Shown: positions 8,924 to 16,551 of the stretch, in pieces
How positions within the stretch are numbered: position 1 is the stretch's first letter
Layout: every line of letters begins with the position of its first letter
NCBI RefSeq assembly: GCF_000018305.1
Contig: NC_009954.1
Coordinates: forward strand, 1,200,001-1,232,000
DNA: 32,000 bases
DNA from: Caldivirga maquilingensis IC-167
GTDB taxonomy: Archaea; Thermoproteota; Thermoprotei; Thermoproteales; Thermocladiaceae
Direction of reading: 5' to 3'
Made by a program: the position numbers and the translations under genes
The notes under the pieces: model-generated
Told to the model about the DNA's origin: nothing
Databases searched by the model: none
What the model saw: only the letters and a program-made list of their open reading frames with translations

Positions 8924-9193
8924 ATGGATAGTGAAATAAAGGGTATAGTAGTAGGAGCTGCAATAGCTGCAATAATTGCGATACTGTATATCGTACTATT
9001 TATAGCTAACTTAGTTGAAGGTTTCATAACTTGGTTTTCTAATGTCACTGGAATAAATATCCCCGCTAATGTAAACTTCATGAATCCTGTAATATCAACA
9101 TTTACAACTGGAATAATGTTTGTAATTATTTTAGGTGCTTTTGTAATAGGTGCTATAGTTCTAGCTCTAATTTACAAGCATGGCCAATATTAA
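8924..9193 (+). CDS. Small membrane protein (89 aa, two hydrophobic segments), unknown function
   Basis: An intact ORF with two predicted TM stretches flanking the loop TWFSNVTGINIPANVNFMN, which contains an N-x-T sequon. It has its own TATA box and a paralogue directly upstream. Confidence 0.6.
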   Translation: MDSEIKGIVVGAAIAAIIAILYIVLFIANLVEGFITWFSNVTGINIPANVNFMNPVISTFTTGIMFVIILGAFVIGAIVLALIYKHGQY

Positions 9194-9248
9194 TTTAAAT
9201 TTTTAAGAACTACTTCATTAAAGGAGGAACTTTAAACAATAGCTTGAA

Positions 9249-9671
9249 TCATAATAGGTTAATTAAGTTAATATTGATTATGCTTCTCACAAGGTCTTCA
9301 AGCCTACTTGCCTCCTTTATTTCACTGGTGGTGTAGGTTATTGCTGCGTCTCCATTACATGGTTTAATGGGCATTATCCTCCACGGCTCCCTAGCATACT
9401 TAACAACGACATAAGCCTCCCCACCAGCCCTCCCAGCGAATTCAATTAACCTATTAACCTTATCGCACCGTATGCTCACTGGTGTTGGTTTACCCCTGTA
9501 CTTAACCTCAAGGATAATTACCCTACCCTTAAACATGGCTACTAAATCAGGGGCGAACCTACGCCTAACCCCACCACCACTGGCAGGTGCCCTAATTACC
9601 GCGAATCCAAGGCTCCACAGCCAGTTAGCCAGCTCCCTCTCATAATTAACCCCCCTACGTCCAAGCGGCAT
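9249..9671 (-). CDS. hjc: Holliday junction resolvase Hjc
   Basis: 140 aa. It carries GVNYERELANWLWSLGFAVIRAPASGG ... PDLVA ... ILEVKYR, which matches the Hjc nuclease motif set (E, D, E-x-K). Confidence 0.9.
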   Translation of the reverse strand: MPLGRRGVNYERELANWLWSLGFAVIRAPASGGGVRRRFAPDLVAMFKGRVIILEVKYRGKPTPVSIRCDKVNRLIEFAGRAGGEAYVVVKYAREPWRIMPIKPCNGDAAITYTTSEIKEASRLEDLVRSIININLINLL

Positions 9672-9683
9672 ACAGTTTGATTA

Positions 9684-9704
9684 GATTAGTGTTATTAAGT
9701 TTAA
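9684..9704 (-). promoter_or_regulatory. Promoter module (plus strand gattagtgttattaagtttaa; minus strand reads ttaaacttaataacactaatc) for hjc
   Basis: The TATA core cttaataa is centred about 25 nt upstream of ATG 9671. The 21-mer recurs with one mismatch upstream of the next gene. Confidence 0.6.
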
Positions 9705-9735
9705 TAGGTAACGGATGGTTATTAGGGAATTAACA

Positions 9736-10839
9736 TTACCCTACTACCCTACGCCTAACCAGTAGGAGGGGTAGTGGTGCCACTGAGGCTATGATCATTG
9801 TGATCCATGGTAACGTTGAATTACCCATGACTGCTGTGAATAATGGGCTTAACCACATGCCTACAACCATGTTTAACGTGTTAACTGTTGCGAGGCTCAT
9901 GGTTGGGTTTGAATCATTAACGACAAGCGCATAGGAGGCGGTGATCATGAGTTCATTGGTGTAACCCACTATGAGTGTTGAGGCTATCATGGCGTAGGGG
10001 TTAAGTGTTATGATTAGTAGGAATGATAATGAACCCAACACCGCGGGTGCAATAATTAAGAGCTCCCTCCTACTGGTTAAATCAGCTAATTTACCTGATA
10101 AACCACCCACTAGGCTTGAGAAGAGGAGTAGTGATGTTATTAATGAGGCGTTAACTAAACCAACACCATGATTAACGGCGTAAGTGGGTAGTAGGTTACC
10201 GGCGGCGTAATTAGCCCCCCAATACCCGGCTGTGGCTAAACCCACTAATACTGCGCCCTTGTTTATGGATAAACCAGTGTCAATGGGCCTATTGAGTGGT
10301 GAACAGGTCTTAAGGAGTATTACGGATTCCAACAACCCCACCACGCTAATAATCAGTACTGCAACCCTCCAATTAACAATAGTGTAAACAACCCCGTAAA
10401 CCAACCCTACTCCGGCTCCGGCACTGAACACTGAGTTATATATACCAAGCATCAACCCCTCTCTACCAGGATACAGATTAGTTACAACAGTGGCTGCCGT
10501 GGAGAAGAATAATGCCGCGCCAATACCGGCCAGTAGCCTTAGGGCTAGTATTTCATTAAAGCTTACACTGAAGGCCGTGGCTACCCCAGCCGCTGATAGT
10601 AGGGTTAAGCCGAGTACAGCAGTCTTAACGTTACCGATAAACCTAGCGATCACGCTTGCCGGTATTTGGAATGAGCCAGCCCCTATTATGAAGAAGAGTG
10701 GGACTAAGCCGAGTTCATAATTAGGTACTGTGAATTCCAGTTTAATTAACGGTAAGGCTGGTGCCAGGTAGTACCAGTAGACGCTGTATATGAATCTGGC
10801 GATCATTATGTTAACCACGGCTGATGCCTTACTAACCAT
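9736..10839 (-). CDS. Major facilitator superfamily transporter
   Basis: 367 aa, highly hydrophobic with about 10-12 predicted TM segments and MFS-like spacing. Confidence 0.8.
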   Translation of the reverse strand: MVSKASAVVNIMIARFIYSVYWYYLAPALPLIKLEFTVPNYELGLVPLFFIIGAGSFQIPASVIARFIGNVKTAVLGLTLLSAAGVATAFSVSFNEILALRLLAGIGAALFFSTAATVVTNLYPGREGLMLGIYNSVFSAGAGVGLVYGVVYTIVNWRVAVLIISVVGLLESVILLKTCSPLNRPIDTGLSINKGAVLVGLATAGYWGANYAAGNLLPTYAVNHGVGLVNASLITSLLLFSSLVGGLSGKLADLTSRRELLIIAPAVLGSLSFLLIITLNPYAMIASTLIVGYTNELMITASYALVVNDSNPTMSLATVNTLNMVVGMWLSPLFTAVMGNSTLPWITMIIASVAPLPLLLVRRRVVG

Positions 10840-10853
10840 TGAGCCGCATTAAG

Positions 10854-10874
10854 GATTAGCGTTATTAAGTTTAA
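10854..10874 (-). promoter_or_regulatory. Promoter module (plus strand gattagcgttattaagtttaa) for the MFS gene
   Basis: It matches 9684-9704 at 20 of 21 positions. The TATA core is centred about 27 nt upstream of ATG 10839. Confidence 0.6.
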
Positions 10875-10881
10875 ACCATGG

Positions 10882-11235
10882 TTAACCAGGCTTAATAAAG
10901 CCCCTAAAGGGTTCACTATCCTTAGGTATGCTTATCTTAACTAAACCATCATTAAACAACACCAGGAACTCACCCCTAGTTAACCAACCCCCAACAGCCT
11001 TCAAGTGCTCATCAACCTCACTTATGAGGGCAATCCTATACTGCTTAGCATCAACCTCAATCCAAACCTCAAGAAGCTTGGAATCACCCAACTTATATAA
11101 TATAGGCACCACTGTGTAGTCATGTTCCCCAGGGCCAACGTAATCCATTATCCTAACCGCGTAGTCGTCATTAAGCTTAACGAGCAGTGTGTTCTCAAGA
11201 ATCTCCATTAATCTAGCTAGCTCCTCACTATTCAT
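10882..11235 (-). CDS. Hypothetical protein (117 aa)
   Basis: An intact ORF whose codon style matches its neighbours. An AT-rich TATA-like element lies about 25-30 nt upstream. No motif was recognised. Confidence 0.55.
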   Translation of the reverse strand: MNSEELARLMEILENTLLVKLNDDYAVRIMDYVGPGEHDYTVVPILYKLGDSKLLEVWIEVDAKQYRIALISEVDEHLKAVGGWLTRGEFLVLFNDGLVKISIPKDSEPFRGFIKPG

Positions 11236-11316
11236 TAAAGCCTAATGCTGGGTTATTGTTTATTTTGTTTTCGCCATTGGGGTAATGCTTAAAAGTAGGA
11301 TATTTATCCCACTACC

Positions 11317-12459
11317 ATGGACTATAGGTTAACGGCACTGGCAGTAATAGTGGTACTGTTGGCTGCGGCAGTGGGTTACCTGGCGTATAGGGTTAATCAA
11401 CCGGTTAAGCCAGTGACAATTACGTTACCAGTAACCTCAACGGTAACGGTGACGTCAACCTCAGTGGCCACTGTGGTAACCACTACATCAGCAACCTTAA
11501 CCACAACAGCAACCAGTACATTAACCACCACCGCAGTCACCACTGTAACAGCCACAGTGACCCCGGTACAGAACATGAGGATTGCGTCCCTTGACCCAGC
11601 CTGCTCCCAAATAATCTTCACCCTAGGCTTAGGCAATAAGGTAGTCCTCATTGATACATACTCCGAGCAATTGTTAAGTTACTTCAACGTAACAATACCC
11701 TCAAACGCAACGGTGCTTACCTCAATATGGCCAACACCCTCAATTGAGGCTGTGGTTAATGCATCACCCACAGTGGTTTGCTATGACTTAGGCTTCTACG
11801 GAACCAGTACATTAGCCTCATTCTCAAGCATAGGGTTACCTCTAGTAATCATAAATGGTACAGCGGATAGGACATTCCAGCAGATTGAAATGGACGTTTA
11901 CTCAACGGCCAAGGCCCTTGGGGTACCTGAAAGGGGTTTAGCTGTGGCTTCCTGGATGAACAACATTATTAATGGTGTTAGAAGCAGGGTCACTGGTTTA
12001 AGTGAACCAACAGTGGTCTTTATGGGTTGGAACAACCCCATTTACGCACCATCAAACTTAACCTTCATAGGTTATGAAATAACCATCGCCGGCGGCTTAG
12101 ACGTAGTAAACACCACTGTACCATGGCCCACAATAACGCCAAGCCAATTAATAGTATATAACCCAGACTACATAATAGCAAGCAACTTCATGGGTAACTG
12201 CACAGCCACCCTTGAGGCAATAATGCAGGTACCTGGGATAAACTACACTAAGGCTGTTAAGGAGGGTCACGTCTACGTACTGGGTAACTTAGCCACAAGC
12301 CTAGTTGAGGAACCAGGCCCCTTATCAGTCTACGGGGCTGAGGTTATAGCGGCTATACTTCACCCTGAGGCCTTCGGGTTAAGTAATGTTCCGCAATGCG
12401 TAAGTGGTGAATGGGTGATAAGTAATCTAAAACCAACCCTCCCAAGTCAGGGAGGCTGA
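11317..12459 (+). CDS. ABC transporter substrate-binding protein, iron-siderophore/cobalamin (BtuF/FhuD-like) type, N-terminally anchored
   Basis: 380 aa with an N-terminal TM segment, a Thr/Val-rich linker, then RIASLDPACSQIIFTLGLGNKVVLID, typical of the class-8 periplasmic binding fold. FecCD permease and ATPase genes follow. Confidence 0.8.
   Translation: MDYRLTALAVIVVLLAAAVGYLAYRVNQPVKPVTITLPVTSTVTVTSTSVATVVTTTSATLTTTATSTLTTTAVTTVTATVTPVQNMRIASLDPACSQIIFTLGLGNKVVLIDTYSEQLLSYFNVTIPSNATVLTSIWPTPSIEAVVNASPTVVCYDLGFYGTSTLASFSSIGLPLVIINGTADRTFQQIEMDVYSTAKALGVPERGLAVASWMNNIINGVRSRVTGLSEPTVVFMGWNNPIYAPSNLTFIGYEITIAGGLDVVNTTVPWPTITPSQLIVYNPDYIIASNFMGNCTATLEAIMQVPGINYTKAVKEGHVYVLGNLATSLVEEPGPLSVYGAEVIAAILHPEAFGLSNVPQCVSGEWVISNLKPTLPSQGG
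11413..11565 (+). repeat. Low-complexity Thr/Val/Ser-rich linker coding region
   Basis: Residues 33-83 read VTITLPVTSTVTVTSTSVATVVTTTSATLTTTATSTLTTTAVTTVTATVTP. This region also generates the spurious antisense ORF 11397..11651. Confidence 0.85.
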
Positions 12460-12469
12460 GTGGTGTGCG

Positions 12470-13483
12470 ATGGGTAATTCACTTATTAAAAGGGTTTTGT
12501 ATTTCTTAATCCCAATCCTACTACTCACTGGCTTCATCCTAAACCTAGTACTGGGGGAGGTTAATGTACCGGGTGATTGCCTAATACATTGTAGTCAAGT
12601 TAAGTACAGGGTAATAATCATGGATATTAGATTACCATCAGCATTAACATCACTACTGGTTGGTTACGTATTGGGTGTTTCAGGGGCTGTGATGCAGGGT
12701 ATTTTAAGAAACCCATTAGCAGAACCCTTCACCACCGGGATAGCCAGTGCCGCTGTCCTAGGGGGTTTACTGGGTTACCTACTTGTCCTCGTGGGTAAGT
12801 TAACCGGCCTATACACCACCTTAGCCATACCTCTCCTAGCATTAATAGTGGGTTTATTCTCCTCATTAATTGTGGTTATGCTTGGTTCAAGGCTTGGTGT
12901 AGTTGGCTTAATACTAATGGGCATATTAATAACACTACTCTCCTATGCCGCATCAATGATAGTTATGCTGATTATTGAGTCAATTAACCCAACGGTCTCA
13001 ATGCAACCCCTCTACCTACTCTACGGTAACCTAAGCGGCATACTATGGTGGCAATTCTACGTAATGCTAGCCGCCGCGGTGCCACCAATTCTAGTGGTTG
13101 CGTTCTTATCAAGGTACGTGGACTTACTCATGCTTGGTGATGATGTGGCTAAGGCAAGCGGCGTCAACCCGGTAACAGTTAGGAGGAGGCTAGTGGCCTT
13201 AATCTCAATACCCCTAGCAGTCTCACTGGCCTTCACTGGGGTAATAGGATTCATAGGCATTATAGCCCCATACACCGTTAGGCAATTAACGGGGAGGGGG
13301 TCTGGAAGCATTATTATACCTGGTTCAGGTCTCGTGGGTTCACTAATATTAACCTACTCCTATCTGGCTTCAAGGGTAATGGTGAAAGGATACGTAGTAC
13401 CTATAACAGCGGTAACGGGCCTTGTGGGTATACCTGTTTTAATGTGGATGATTCTCAAGGGTGGTTTCGGTGCCTCAACGTAA
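12470..13483 (+). CDS. ABC transporter permease, FecCD/BtuC family
   Basis: 337 aa and polytopic. The motif GVSGAVMQGILRNPLAEPFTTGIASAA is typical of FecCD permeases. Confidence 0.88.
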   Translation: MGNSLIKRVLYFLIPILLLTGFILNLVLGEVNVPGDCLIHCSQVKYRVIIMDIRLPSALTSLLVGYVLGVSGAVMQGILRNPLAEPFTTGIASAAVLGGLLGYLLVLVGKLTGLYTTLAIPLLALIVGLFSSLIVVMLGSRLGVVGLILMGILITLLSYAASMIVMLIIESINPTVSMQPLYLLYGNLSGILWWQFYVMLAAAVPPILVVAFLSRYVDLLMLGDDVAKASGVNPVTVRRRLVALISIPLAVSLAFTGVIGFIGIIAPYTVRQLTGRGSGSIIIPGSGLVGSLILTYSYLASRVMVKGYVVPITAVTGLVGIPVLMWMILKGGFGAST

Positions 13484-14183
13484 CGCTCTAGTTGAATTCA
13501 AGGACGCCTACCTGGGTTACGGGTCAAGGGTAGTGGTTAAGGGGTTGAATTTAACCGTGGGTGAGGGGTTAACGGTACTGCTTGGTCCTAATGGGAGCGG
13601 GAAGACAACGATAATGAAGGCAATATTCGGTTCAGCAAGGGTCATTAAGGGTTGGCTTAGGGTTAATGGCTCAGTAACCTACGCTCCCGCAGAGGTTGAT
13701 GGATTAATCAACTTAACGGTACTGGAGACTGTTAAGACGGCTAGGAGGGGGTATGGTTGGGTTAGTGATGAGGATGCCATGGATGCTTTAATGAGCGTGG
13801 GCATAGTCGGTATCAGTAATATGAGGCTTAGTGAATTAAGCACTGGTCAAAAGAGGTTAACAATGATTGCAAGAGCCATAGCCAGTAACGCTGACTTAAT
13901 GCTAATAGATGAGCCAACAGCCAACCTAGACCCAGGTAATAGGTACAGGATGATTAAGGTTATACGTGAACTAGCTAATAAACATGCAGTAATGGTTGCG
14001 ACGCATGACGTTGATATTGCGCTTACAGCGAATCAAGTGGTTATGATAAGGGATGGAAACGTGATAGGCGTGGGGGAGCCGGGTAGAGTATTAACTGAGG
14101 AGAGGTTAACTCAATTATACGGTATAGTGGTTAAGTTAATTAAGCATAATGATGAGGTTCATGTAGTATTCCCAGTGAGTTAA
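13461..14183 (+). CDS. ABC transporter ATP-binding protein (FepC/BtuD-like)
   Basis: It has Walker A GPNGSGKTT, signature LSTGQ and Walker B LMLIDEP. The GTG start at 13461 overlaps the permease end by 23 nt. The exact start is uncertain because a second GTG lies at 13470. Confidence 0.9.
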   Translation: MVSVPQRNALVEFKDAYLGYGSRVVVKGLNLTVGEGLTVLLGPNGSGKTTIMKAIFGSARVIKGWLRVNGSVTYAPAEVDGLINLTVLETVKTARRGYGWVSDEDAMDALMSVGIVGISNMRLSELSTGQKRLTMIARAIASNADLMLIDEPTANLDPGNRYRMIKVIRELANKHAVMVATHDVDIALTANQVVMIRDGNVIGVGEPGRVLTEERLTQLYGIVVKLIKHNDEVHVVFPVS

Positions 14184-14313
14184 TCCCTAATTTAATAGGC
14201 TTTACGGTATTATTCAGTAAGTATACTGGGCATGGGTAACTCACCTTAAAGATGACTCGCATGCCTCTAATCCTCAAGATTTAGGGTAAAGCTTTAATGC
14301 TAAGTGATGCTTA

Positions 14314-14955
14314 ATGAATGTGGTTAATTTAAGGTTTGTTAAGGTGGGTTTACTCACGTATGCATTAGGTATACTTGTATCCATGGGGGTTGAATACTTA
14401 GTTATCAGTAATATAGGCTTCTACGAGACTCATAGGTATGTAGTATTCACTGTAAGTACTGCAATAGCCTTGGTCTCAGTAATCCTTATGATAATGGGTA
14501 CTAATAATGTTGAGGGAATTAAGGGTACCTTAAGCTTCCTGGGGTGCCTACTCCTACTTGTAGGTGAGGTTGCAGGGCTTATGCTTGGTCTTAGTAACTA
14601 CGTCACCTACCTCTACGGCGTTAACATGCCCATTGATTTACTCATAATACCAGCCCCCATGGTTAATATTAATCGTGTTGAGCTTTTAACCCTCGCCTTA
14701 ACCCTCATAGGTATTTCAGGCTGGTTAATGCTACTACTAGTACTACTCATGCTTACTAAGGGTATTCTTAATAATGTTGGGTTACTTACCTACACCATAT
14801 CAATGATTATCCTCTACGCGTATTCACTAGGCGTAAGCCATGTATTAAATGTGTACGCCAACTACACGGCCATGTTCTACCTACTAGTAGTACTAGCGGT
14901 TGCATCCACTGCGGGTGCGGTATTAATGTTGATTAAGCCTGATTCAACACAGTAA
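14314..14955 (+). CDS. Polytopic membrane protein (213 aa), unknown function
   Basis: An uninterrupted ORF with about 6 hydrophobic segments and no recognised motif. Confidence 0.55.
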   Translation: MNVVNLRFVKVGLLTYALGILVSMGVEYLVISNIGFYETHRYVVFTVSTAIALVSVILMIMGTNNVEGIKGTLSFLGCLLLLVGEVAGLMLGLSNYVTYLYGVNMPIDLLIIPAPMVNINRVELLTLALTLIGISGWLMLLLVLLMLTKGILNNVGLLTYTISMIILYAYSLGVSHVLNVYANYTAMFYLLVVLAVASTAGAVLMLIKPDSTQ

Positions 14956-15283
14956 CATTATCCTCATAGCAATTACTAGTAGTTATGCATTGATCCTTTT
15001 TAATGAAACTAGTGTTAAGCCCTACCCCCAGGGTGAGGATTCTCCCCATAGCCCCCATTACTACTACTTAATGATCCTTAATAATGATGAGTAAGCTATG
15101 ATTCATGAACTACATTAATGTTTGCTCCTACTTCATGGAATTAATTCGCATGTGGGAGATATTACCGGTAATGGATCCCGGCATAGGTAATTAGTCTTCT
15201 AACCATAATCCAGATTCTAATTAATCATCCATGTAACATAGGTAGTTTTCAATTTCTAAGCCGATTAACGTGTTTAATCAGTA

Positions 15284-15371
15284 TGGTGCGGGGGGTGGGA
15301 TTTGAACCCACGCAGGCCTACGCCAACGGGACCTAAACCCGCCCCCTTTGACCATGCTCGGGCACCCCCGC
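15284..15371 (-). tRNA. tRNA-Leu (anticodon UAG), long variable arm, genomically encoded CCA, no intron
   Basis: The reverse complement folds by hand. Acceptor is GCGGGGG/CCCCCGC. The anticodon stem GCGGG/CCCGT carries loop TTTAGGT. The T-arm is GTGGG-TTCAAAT-CCCAC, and the discriminator A is followed by CCA. Confidence 0.9.
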
Positions 15372-15396
15372 TTGCTCCTAGGTGTTGATTCATGGG

Positions 15397-15403
15397 ATTT
15401 AAA
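15397..15403 (-). promoter_or_regulatory. TATA-like box (minus strand tttaaat) for tRNA-Leu
   Basis: It starts 32 nt upstream of the mature 5' end (15371), the same spacing as at tRNA-Ser. Confidence 0.5.
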
Positions 15404-15420
15404 CTTTACCGTAATTAAAC

Positions 15421-16449
15421 CTAGCCGCTCCCCTCAACCTCAGCCACCGCTGCCTTGAATAAGCCCTGTAGGAAGCCTATTGCATGCAGTCTACCTAATG
15501 CTGAGTAGCCTGGGGTTGATAATTGAGCTATATCACCACTTAAGGTTGGTGTATGGTCAACCCTAAACGGCCCGTAGAATTTATGCCTCACGAACTCCTT
15601 CATCGCTAAGTAAAACTCCTCACCGGCCTCATCAATGAAAACCTCCTCAAACCCCCTAGCCGTACCCCTAACAGCCCTGAAGTGTACGAAGAAGACCCTA
15701 CCTGTTGGTACGAAGTGCCTAATTAACCCTGGTAGGTCATTGGTCATTAGGGAGAAGTTACCTAGGCACATTGTTATGCCATTGTACTCACTCTTAACTA
15801 GGCTTAATAACTTATCAAATGCCTCAATACTATTCATTATCCTAGCCGTACCAGCAACCTCAGGTATTGGTGGGTCATCAGGATGCATAGCCAACCTAAC
15901 ATTAGCGCTTTCAGCTATTGGTATAATGTATTCAAGGAAATCCTTCAGCGTCCTCCATAGTGTGGATGCATCAACTTTACCAAACTTAGGTGGTGGTGAA
16001 TCCTTAAGATCCTCCTCATAGAAACCTGAGGTATAAGCCCCACCCCTACCCCTTAATGCAGTCCTAGTCCTAAGCCAACCAGTAGGCATCCAATTATAAA
16101 CCCACGTTGATATACCTAACTTACCCATATTCTCAATGAGCTTAGCAACATTATCAAGCTGCTCCTCCTTGCCAGGTAAACCATATATTAACTTATCCAT
16201 GGGTGGGTTATCCTCAATAATTGTGAGCTTAAAGCCAGCCTCCTCAATCATTCTCTTATAATTAGATAAGGGGGCATAATCCCAGGGATCCCAAGCCCTC
16301 CACTGCCTCCAATCAGGGTAAGCCCTAGGCAATATACCAGTAGCCTCCTCAACACCAACCTGCCTAAGCATATCCCAGAATACTGTCGGACTACTATCAA
16401 GTATTATTTCAGCAATCCTAAGCCTAACACCCGTATCCCCAACACCCAT
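15421..16449 (-). CDS. uxuA: Mannonate dehydratase (UxuA family)
   Basis: 342 aa. RLAMHPDDPP and PGYSALGRL match conserved UxuA blocks (E. coli MAVHPDDPP and PGYSAIGRL). A TATA-like ttttaaag starts 28 nt upstream of the ATG. Confidence 0.85.
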   Translation of the reverse strand: MGVGDTGVRLRIAEIILDSSPTVFWDMLRQVGVEEATGILPRAYPDWRQWRAWDPWDYAPLSNYKRMIEEAGFKLTIIEDNPPMDKLIYGLPGKEEQLDNVAKLIENMGKLGISTWVYNWMPTGWLRTRTALRGRGGAYTSGFYEEDLKDSPPPKFGKVDASTLWRTLKDFLEYIIPIAESANVRLAMHPDDPPIPEVAGTARIMNSIEAFDKLLSLVKSEYNGITMCLGNFSLMTNDLPGLIRHFVPTGRVFFVHFRAVRGTARGFEEVFIDEAGEEFYLAMKEFVRHKFYGPFRVDHTPTLSGDIAQLSTPGYSALGRLHAIGFLQGLFKAAVAEVEGSG

Positions 16450-16551
16450 ACAGGATTAACCACAAGTAGCTTTAAAACATTCCCACAATACTTCCAATTA
16501 CATGATATAAAAAATATTTTTTAACCATGTAAAATAACCTAAAATCGCCTC

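Noticed and set aside
11397-11651. 84-aa minus-strand ORF rich in Val/Thr. The same applies to 16586..16978 (plus strand) and 19169..19483 (plus strand).
   Set aside because: These are mirror images of the Thr-rich linker coding regions, or of the linker fossil at 19111..19308. ACN codons read as NGT/GTN on the opposite strand, which produces stop-free Val-rich shadows.
8780-15110. C/D-box sRNA candidates around tgatga motifs (about 8788 catgatgaaaa, about 15093 aatgatgag, and minus-strand ctgatga at about 31913).
   Set aside because: None has a CTGA D box, or an internal D'/C' pair, at the required spacing of roughly 12 nt guide plus box on the same strand.
15161-15172. 12-bp perfect palindrome attaccggtaat.
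   Set aside because: Several 12-bp perfect palindromes are expected by chance in 32 kb. There is no second copy, and it is not placed at a promoter.
14956-15283. 328-bp non-coding stretch at the 3' side of tRNA-Leu, and the region around tRNA-Ser, considered as possible integration sites for a mobile element.
   Set aside because: No integrase or transposase ORF is present. No second partial copy of either tRNA 3' end occurs in the window; the only ggatttgaacc-type T-arm sequences are the two tRNAs themselves. There are no flanking direct repeats.
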